Below, piece by piece: positions 55,324-64,000 of a stretch of DNA of 64,000 nt (positions within the stretch are counted from its first letter, which is position 1; each line of letters opens with the position of its first letter). Below the pieces are notes generated by a model. That model searched no databases. It was not told the DNA's origin and saw only the letters and a program-made list of their open reading frames with translations. This stretch comes from Chrysomallon squamiferum (lineage: Eukaryota; Animalia; Mollusca). The stretch spans positions 11,656,001 to 11,720,000 of the forward strand of contig CM022671.1 in NCBI GenBank assembly GCA_012295275.1. Direction: 5' to 3'. Position numbers and translations under genes: made by a program.

Positions 55324-56304
55324 ATTAGTCAGAACCACATTTGTCAGACACCAGTTTGTTAGACAGTTTGTGAGACAGTGTAATTAGTTTGATTGGCTGG
55401 CCTCACTATTGCTATAATGGGATAGCCCAGTGAGCTTGGTGTTAAATAAATTCATTGTTTAATTGATGGGACAGGATAGCCCAAAGACTTGGTATTGATT
55501 GCAACTCTTGCACTGGAGAGAGAACGTATTAAATAAATAAGGTTCGCCCGAATGGTATCTATTGGATATGTACCGATAAGACATGTACCAGAAGATATAC
55601 AACGGTAGGGGATTATATTAGAGACCTCACTGACCACACCCACCCTCCTGCAGAGGCCACTGCCATCAGGTTCGTCAGTACACTACGGAAACGAGCCAGT
55701 GAGGAACATCCACATCACTGCCTGCCACCTGCACCGATGAAATCCTGAGACAAGATACAGCCGCACTTGGAGCCTTGCCTTCGTTCTCTACCGTCGACAG
55801 AGCCTTGTACAGACACTGGAGCCACAAAGCTTCAAGAGCCGAAGTTGATCTGGTTGGCGAGTGGACAGAAACCCTTGATGGAAAGCGCTTTCTTCTTCGC
55901 AACAACGGCGACGACATCAATGTGCTCATGTTTGTAACTGACACCCAGCTCCGAGTACTCGAGGAAGCCGACATCATCTACATGGACGGCACCTTCACCG
56001 CGTGTGCCGACCTGTGGGACCAACTCTACATCATTCATGCCAGAAAAGGATCCTCAACGTGCCTGATGTATGCCCTTCTTTCTGACCGCCGGATTACGAA
56101 CTACGACTGTTCGGCCACTAGAAGACCCACGTTCAACGTCTTGTCAACAGACCCTTTTCGCCGACTACGTCCTCGTACGTCGTCGTGAACTGTTATTTTT
56201 GTTGGGCCGTGCTCATTATTCACATAGGTAATGGCCTAGAGATGATCTGGGTATCTGACAAACGGGGGCCTGGTGGGTGTCTGACAAATGGGGTTCTGAC
56301 TAAT
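55324..56304 (+). mobile_element. Internally deleted MULE DNA transposon with terminal inverted repeats and a transposase fragment
   Basis: Left attagtcagaaccacatttgtcagacacc matches the reverse complement of the right end attagtcagaaccccatttgtcagacacc (28/29). Internal 55775-56105 encodes LPSF...EWTETLDGKRFLL...IYMDGTF...QLYIIHA..MYALL (MULE DGTF region with the first catalytic Asp). Confidence 0.9.
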
Positions 56305-57874
56305 TAGTGGTATTAGGAGTATTGTTGTTGTTTGTAGTGGTGGCATGTTGTTATTATTACTATCCTAATTATTTATTTATTTCTGTTGCTTTTACTGTGA
56401 GGGTTAACATTGTGTCTGAGGTTTTGATTCTGTTGATAAATAACACCAAAAACAATCTTGTAATTCCGCGCACTTTTCCAGCCAAGGAAAGCACATAACC
56501 AAGATGTTTTAGCAAGCAGTACAGAACAGCAATCTGTAATAACGTGTGCGTTGATTTACCTAAATAAGATATAGCAGTGAATTGTTCCAGTCACTAGTTC
56601 ACAAATACATTAATGAAAGCTTCTTTTGTCGACGAAAAATGCGTCAAATTACTTACACACTAAGCACCTGATTGGAGCTATCAGATTATAAGTCAACAAA
56701 GACTGCAGGTAATGTGATTTGCTAGCATAAGAAGAGAAAATAAAGTCTACATCGTCCTGGTAATAAAATAATCTTTTTCTATTCTCGTCAGTGCCGTGAT
56801 CCGTATGCGGCGAGCAGGAAATTAATTTACATCATGTGAAAAACGTGAAAAACGCGTTTCTCGGTAGAATTTGTCAGTTGAGTTCATAGTTTGTATTCCC
56901 TGTTGTCATGGCGATGACACTGAGCAAAGACGTTGTTAAAGAGAGCATTTGAAACTTCACGTTTCTTCCTTCATAAGAACTTCGTCATTATTCCCATTAG
57001 TATAGCTATATCGTAAAAAAGACTGATAATTATAATTAGGACACAATTATTTATTAATATTCCAGCTTCCTTCGTCATATTCGTTTGCTCATTAGGCAGG
57101 TTTTATTGTTAAAAACCCTGGAAAGGAATCATGTATTATTATTATTATTTTTTTTTATGTATGTGTTGGTTAATATCACAAAACATAAAAAAATGTATAC
57201 GTTTTTGTGCTTTGCCTAACACATTAAATGCCAAGAAAAAGCCTAATCCACTATCGTAGGCACGAATTTTTGGATCCTAAAAGAATCAGATTGTGTAGAT
57301 TTGTGAATAACAGATTAATACTGGAGAAACTGATGTGTACAAAATAACAAAAATTATGCATCGACCCGACTTGAAAATCTCATCACACCTCTATCAAAAT
57401 CTGATTAAAATAAATATTTATAGTTTATGTAAGAAACCCTCTCTAAAATCTCTTGTTCACTAATCTTTTTAATAGACAATACAGATATTTTCTCATTCAA
57501 AGCCAGTTAATCAATAATCCTAAAACCTACACCTAATATTTCTCATATGAACAAACCATGTAGTGTTGTCTGCTTACCACTGTTTCACAAACATACTCAT
57601 GATCAAAGCGTCCCTTTGTATAATCAAAATATCAAACTAATGTTAGCGAGATGCGACTGATTTTGTATTAAAAATGCAGTGCATTTCTTATCTGTAACAC
57701 GAACTAAGTTATAAGTCGATCTATTATCAGAATGTACCAGCTTAACTTTTTTAATTCTCTGTGTTTAGTTTTCAAAAGACATGCACTAGGTACATTTAGC
57801 GCAACTGGTTTCCTTTATTCTTGAATTCTGTTTTGGGTAGTTTTGTTTATTTTTGTCTTTCCATTTCTTTTCTT

Positions 57875-57880
<6 letters not shown>

Positions 57881-57950
<70 letters not shown>
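57881..57950. repeat. (CT)n microsatellite in a pyrimidine tract
   Basis: Perfect ct run. Confidence 0.96.
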
Positions 57951-57955
<5 letters not shown>

Positions 57956-58556
57956 CTACTGTTTTTATATTTCTTTTCTTCCTTTTTTTTCTGACTTTTT
58001 TCTTCTTCTGTTTTTCCATTTCTCTTCTTTCTTTTTTTCTCTGAGTCCAGTTAAATGATTTTTGTTCGTGACAAAATGTAATAGACTCGAGATATATTTT
58101 TGACTGGTCTTGTGATTTTGACAAAGTTACTGAATGTTGCTGCGTCATACAAAGTGAGTTTTGTTGCTACGTGTGTTTTGTATTACAGTAATAACACACA
58201 GCCAGTGTGCTGTTACAGTAATAATGTAATAGTAACGTAATGTACGGGTCACTGTAGCGATGTCACTGCACTGTTTCGAGTTGCACATACAGGTATCAAT
58301 CATGATGGTCTTTGTTCAATTTATAAAGGTGCAATCTGACTGTACGACTTGAAGTAACAATCTATAACTAAGTTCCGGAGTGTTTGTTAGTTGTTTCTGT
58401 CGTTGTTGTTTGTTTGTTTGGTGTTGTTGCTGTTGTTGTAGTTATAATAATAATAATAATAATAATAATATCATTTTATTATTTTGTTTGTTTTTAATAT
58501 GTTCATTATTATCGCTTTAGTGCTGCTGTTGTTATTGTTGTTAGTAGTAGTAATAG

Positions 58557-59227
58557 TATTAGTGGTACACTATACTATTAGTAGTACACTATACTATTAG
58601 TGGTACACTACACTATTAGTAGTACACTATACTATTAGTGGTACACTACACTATTAGTGGTACACTATACTATTAGTGGTACACTACACTATTAGTAGTA
58701 CACTATACTATTAGTAGTACACTACACTATTAGTGGTACACTATACTATTAGTAGTACACGTCACTATTAGTGGTACACTACACTATTAGTGGTACACTA
58801 TACTATTAGTAGTACACTACACTATTAGTTGGTACACATACTATTAGGTACACTATATCAATCATGATAGTCTATTTGTTCAATTTATTAGTGGTACAAC
58901 ACTATGACTGTACGAGTATTAGTGGTAACTAATCTATAACTACAGTTCTATTAGTGGTTTGTTAGTTGTTTCTGTCGTTGTTGTTTGTTTGTTTGGTGTT
59001 GTTACTGTTGTTGTACTATTATTAATAATAATAATAATAATACTATTAATATCATTTTATTATTTTGTTTGTTTTTAATATGTTCATTATTATACTACTT
59101 TAGTGTTACACTATTAGTGTACACTGTTAGTAGTAGTAATAGTATTAGTGGTACACTACACTATTAGTGGTACACTATACTATTAGTAGTACACTATACT
59201 ATTAGTGGTACACTACACTATTAGTAG
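58557..59227. repeat. 19-bp minisatellite (attagtRgtacactaYact) interrupted by a chimeric copy of its left flank
   Basis: 19-bp period at 58557-58855 and 59144-59227; 58856-59143 repeats 58294-58556. Confidence 0.9.
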
Positions 59228-59235
59228 CCCTACAG

Positions 59236-59349
59236 GTCGATCACGTTTCACGTGTACGAAGTCAGGATCTACTACATAATGACGTGTAGCGCAGACGAGA
59301 TCAAAGATCTACTCAAACCGCCGCCAGTGGTCATTTATTCAACTGAAGT
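59236..59349 (+). CDS. Candidate coding exon (SITFHVYEVRIYYIMTCSADEIKDLLKPPPVVIYSTEV) of an unidentified surface or tail-anchored protein
   Basis: ccctacag acceptor and gtaagt donor; 114-bp symmetric phase 2-2 exon, open and GC-richer than its flanks; in-frame ataATG at 59279. Confidence 0.5.
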
Positions 59350-59677
59350 GTAAGTTTTTAGATTGATCAGGGTATGTTGATTAACTTAACTGATCTTTCA
59401 TACTATGTGCGGAGAAGACTAAAATGGAACAGAAGAGAATTTTTTTTTATTTCTTTGAACCATTCTGTTCCCCTTTTGTTGTATTTATCTGTAATGTTCA
59501 GCCTTTGTCAATGATAAAATATAAAATACATCATGGAAGCTTCCATGCAACTCGCTCTCTCAGTGGACAAAACTGAAACGTCAGTATCGTAGGACCAAAC
59601 TTCTCAGAGCGCCAGTTAATCAGCAACTAAAAAGTAATTCAGTTTGACTAATGAAATCTAAATGTGTGCACACGACA

Positions 59678-59962
59678 AAACTCCCCGCGTTTCACTGTTT
59701 AGAAAATCCATTAATAGATGATGTGAAGCTTGGTATATTAACGAGAGATACGTATGTCAGTATACCTCGCTAAAAACTTCTTAATCCTTTTGTTTTCTTG
59801 GTTCATTTTATTTATAATTGTTAACCCGTGATTGAGCTGCGCAGAAATAACTGAATTATATATGTTTTTTGTAGCTGCAAATGTTTGTTTTATTTATCTT
59901 TAAAGGCCAACCTTTGTTAATAATAAAATTTAAAGAACATCATGGACGCTCCTTTTAATTTT
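59678..59962 (+). mobile_element. Unclassified interspersed repeat, copy B (partial third copy at ~59500-59545)
   Basis: Colinear with 17700-18053. Confidence 0.7.
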
Positions 59963-60309
59963 AAGTGTAAATACGTATCTCTGCACGTAAAAAAAGGTTT
60001 AAAAAAAAAATTAATAATAATAATAATACAAAAATAATTCAAAAATCCTATTTATTACGAAAAAGGCTTTTGTTTACAAAAGGTATATCTACATTTGGAT
60101 AAATATGATGTTGAAAACTGCAGTAAACTTTTTGGATACAGAGGGATATTCTTCTCTGATTGAAATCCAAAATTTTTCGAGACTAGATTCCATATATTTA
60201 ATCTTCAATCCACAGCTGGATACAGCTGCTAGTTCTTCTTCTTCGGTTAATGTTAAACTAGCATCATCTAAATTTTCTATGAATGGATTTCGAATCCAAG
60301 AGTATTGTT

Positions 60310-61065
60310 CAGTGTTAAGTGATGAGTGCCCCAGCTTACGAGTTTTCCGAGTTACGAGAAGTCACGTGGTCGATTTTTTGCTTTGAGTTGCGAGCCGAAA
60401 TCCGAGTTATGAGCGAGCTTCAAATACGCCGCTGCTAGTTGGCGCAACGAACAACACAACATCCGGCCAGCATCTCGCATTTCACTCATTTACCTCACAT
60501 TGTTACATCGCCGCGGAAGCATCTATGCTGTGTTGTTCACGTTTTGTGCATTATTTTGCCAAATTTCTTTTTTCTGGATATAGATCCTAAGAAAGTGAGT
60601 GCAAAGGACAGTGCTGAGAAGAAGAAGTGGATGATGTTCACTGAATTAAAGGATGAAATCATAGAAAAAAACATGAGCGAGGTGTGCATGTAGTCCATTT
60701 TGCTAGACAGTACGAGCGTAGTACCATACTGAAGCTATATGAGTCGATAAAGGCTGTAACTCCAGCCAAAGGCGTTAAAATAATTTGTCTTATCTTCAAC
60801 TTAAATATACTTTAAAAAACCAATTTATTTCTGTACATTCTCTTTTTTTTTTTTCTTTTTTTTTTATATAATATTTGTCATTTATAAATACATTTTTCTT
60901 ATTTAAAAACACGTTACAAAAAAATGGGGTGGTTTTGGGGGCTGGAACGGATTAATGGTATTTAAATTAATTTCAGTTGGGAAAATTGATTTGATATAGG
61001 AGCAGATTTGAGTTACGAGCTCGGTTAAGGAACGAATTAAACTCGTAAAGCCAGACACTAGTGTA
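60310..61065 (+). mobile_element. Non-autonomous Tigger/pogo element with a decayed CENP-B-type HTH transposase N-terminus
   Basis: From 60580 (ATA, probably a former ATG): DPKKVSAKDSAEKKKWMMFTELKDEIIEK, then after a frameshift ERGVHVVHFARQYERSTILK..ESIKAVTPAKGVKII; subterminal gagttacgag repeats at both ends; right end attaaactcgtaa...agtg followed by TA. Left end is degenerate. Confidence 0.85.
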
Positions 61066-61537
61066 TTTACAATTAAACAATCCATATTTTTACCATTACT
61101 AGTTCTAGAACTTAGATTTGTTTCATAAAATTTCGAAATGTAGATGTTAGGACCTATGAATACCCACCCCTAGTTTCACCGCCGCACACAGATATATGAA
61201 AGAGTTGTTTCTGAACCAGTTAGCTATAGGTGTTAGTGAACTTCATGACAGAAAATGTTCACGCTTCAAGTGCTGCACGTGAAACGTGAAATCGAGTATG
61301 AGCGATCTGCTGTTTACAGTTACAGTTTGCAGTATGGCTGTCACAGAGAGAGTCGAATCCTAACTATATCGTCCTGGACCCGTGAATAAACGAATTTTTT
61401 ATTAACAACATTTTAGTAGCAAGATTGGTTTTCTATTTATCTGTATAATATTACAAAGTATATTTGTTAGTAAAATGATTTTGAAATATTTATTTAAATA
61501 AAAAATAATTTAAGAAAAGTAAGGCGTAATCTGTCTG

Positions 61538-61678
61538 TGTATCTTACATGCATTCTTTCTTCTTGTGTAACTACCATAATACACACACGTTATAATTATA
61601 TGTCTGTATCTTACATGTATTCTTTCTTCTTGTGTAACTACCATAATACACACACATTATAATTATATGTCTGTATCT
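61538..61678. repeat. 67-bp tandem duplication
   Basis: tgtatcttacatgYattctttcttcttgtgtaactaccataatacacacac.. at 61538 and 61605. Confidence 0.9.
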
Positions 61679-63435
61679 CATCTGTCTTTAAGAACCCATG
61701 CAGCTATTTCCCGTTTCAGACTACGACTATTTTATCCAAATGCCGTGCTATGTGCTAACGTGTCTGTAACGTACTCCAGAGGGGCTGTAGCAGTAAACAT
61801 CAGTTGTATCAAAACTAGCCTTTTCTTGGCAACTAATAACATTAACATATTCACTTCTATGCATGCCATCGTTTATCATGCTATTTGTACATTAACACTA
61901 CTGAAAACACGTAACAGTCTTTTTAAACTTTAAACACACGACATTAACTGGTTTATAATTTATAAACTTTGTGAGCGCACATCGTGCAGTCGACATTGAC
62001 TGATTTTCGTGGTGACAGGGTCAGTGTTATATTATCATCGTGACATTGTGGCCGCTGGAACCGAGAAGTCGGTGACAACAACAGCGTGTATTAAAACGTC
62101 GATAAACATCTGCTGGACTGGCTAAACCTGCTTTGTTGTGGTCACAACCGGCTGCGACTGACCTTGATAACTGACACACTGGGAACTGTACAGATCACGT
62201 TACTGTCAGCTTTTACTAGTAACTTTGTTTTACGTTATTTAGTTGCTGCTTATCGTAAAATGCAATGGCTAATTTGTTCGTGGCTTACTCAGGAAATGAA
62301 ATCTGAAACTGTATATAATAGTACTGCTATTCATTCATACATTTTAATATATATCTATATATATATATATATATAAAAATTTCAGACATTTTTCTTTGAA
62401 TATGTATATAATTTTTTGTTATTTGTTGGTGTTTTGGTTATTGTTGTTATGTTATTTGTTTTTGTGTTTTTTTTCTTGATATACTTTTTTGTTTTGTTGT
62501 TTTGTTCTTCCTTTTATGTTGGTTATTCATGGGGTATTAAGTTGCTGCTTCTACTGTTGTTGTTGATGATAATTCTGTTATTGTTTTAGTAACACTGTAA
62601 CTTGCTATATGAATAAACCATTAGCATGTCTGTTTCCCATCTTATCTATTTTTCTAATACATATATATATTGATTCTTGTGTTAATGGGGAACTGTAGGA
62701 GATAAGGAATTTTATTAATGTTTGTTACGTTCTTGGAACGGGAAATGCCGGAATGTTTTCGTAGCAACAACTTTCCGCATTGCAGATGACATTCTATCAC
62801 TCAGTTAATCTTGCACTCTAAATGTGGGGTGACTTTATCGGAGATCAATATCAAACGACAATTTTCTTCCCGTTTCAGTTGTTTCCCTTCTTGGTTTTAG
62901 CAAACTGCATCCCGTTTAGGTGTGTTGCCGCTAGTAAACCAGTGTACGTGATATGGAAGCACTTTCCTGTAAATCTGAAATAAGCAGCACATCGATCACG
63001 TACATAGTATTATAAGACAACTTCCATTTACAGAAATAAATTCTCCTGTTTACCCTTTCTTATTCCATTTCCTTTATGTCACGGTGACTAGTCTGAGTGG
63101 TATTAATATCTAAAATTTGGCTCGTCCCGTCTAAAGGGTAGCAGACTATAATAGCGTCACCTGACAAGGTGTTAATTATCTGAGACAGCTTAAACTACTA
63201 AATGACTATTCTGTATCCCACTAGAGAACAATAACACAGACATGAATTCAGTATGTATAATTGTTATATACATATGTTGTTTACACAAATTAACCCTAAA
63301 GGGTGATATATAGTTATACAGTTAAAATCATACGATTCGACGATACGCTATCTTAAATCATTCAATATGTATGTTACATATATAAAACATTAAAATATAT
63401 TTACCATTGTCTGCGTTTTCCTTTGTCTTGTGCAG

Positions 63436-63589
63436 ACGGCCCACACAGACTCTCAAGAAGGGCACTGGTCAAACAGATCTCGTTCAAAACGCGTGCCGCT
63501 ACGCATATACCAATCGCTCGGGTGTTCAGTCTACACCTCTGCAGATAGCCTTTCTGACTTTACTTTGCAGCTTTTATTACCAATTTTGA
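63436..63589 (+). CDS. Candidate terminal exon with a hydrophobic C-terminus (GPI-signal or tail-anchor-like)
   Basis: Strong acceptor ttttcctttgtcttgtgcag in phase 2 joins 59349 (GT+A=Val); RPTQTLKKGTGQTDLVQNACRYAYTNRSGVQSTPLQIAFLTLLCSFYYQF-stop. Confidence 0.5.
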
Positions 63590-63664
63590 GTTTGTTAAAA
63601 CCCAGTGTTTCTTAGTTTATTAAATAACGGAATTTCTACTAATTACATAATACAGCTTCTAAAT

Positions 63665-63667
<3 letters not shown>

Positions 63668-63744
<77 letters not shown>
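63668..63744. repeat. (CT)n microsatellite
   Basis: Perfect ct run. Confidence 0.96.
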
Positions 63745-63749
<5 letters not shown>

Positions 63750-64000
63750 ATGTGAGAATGTATGTGTGTGTATATGTTACCGAGTCTAGTGCATAGAAAT
63801 AACCATAAATCCCAAATAACCTCTCTTCAAATTTAATAACTGGCAATGATTAATAATATCACAGTGTATGACAAACGATGTTGTGGATTTTCTGAATGTA
63901 GCCTATGAACATTTTACAAAGTCAGCATCTAGAATTGATAATAACAATAACATTTTAATATCTGTCTGTCTGTCTATGTATCTATTGTCTGTTTATACAT

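Noticed and set aside
55066-55325. Thr-rich mucin-like ORF and its Val-rich antisense ORF
   Set aside because: Degenerate (ACT/ACA)n repeat with a 39-bp duplication and no splice support.

Overview
This is AT-rich, microsatellite-dense eukaryotic (metazoan) genomic DNA with spliced genes, so most ORFs in the supplied track are repeat artefacts or isolated exons. SINE relics resemble, from memory only, gastropod-mollusc SINEs. I reconstructed four + strand gene models by matching GT-AG phases by hand. (1) A single-Sushi/CCP-domain, single-pass membrane protein with a long disordered tail (exons 5375-5551 and 6146-7035; candidate first exon 2615-2693). (2) A two-exon NUDT2-type Ap4A hydrolase (9012-9132 + 9812-10131, 146 aa). 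(3) An orphan-looking 294-aa two-TM hairpin protein (14140-14285 + 24186-24309 + 26090-26704) whose tail carries a TQT motif and several tyrosine motifs. (4) A tentative, 5'-incomplete gene ending in a GPI-signal/tail-anchor-like hydrophobic C-terminus (59236-59349 + 63436-63589). The rest is introns and intergenic DNA containing two MULE transposase relics (one with TIRs), a Tigger/pogo relic, an RTE-LINE 3' end, SINE relics, a dispersed ~300-bp repeat and many minisatellites (19, 20, 29, 30, 35, 50, 62 and 77 bp units). I saw no CRISPR array, rRNA or tRNA. No new multi-gene system is demonstrable from sequence alone. The best leads are the uncharacterised membrane proteins, especially the two-TM candidate adaptor, and a probable assembly-consensus artefact at 58.3-59.2 kb.
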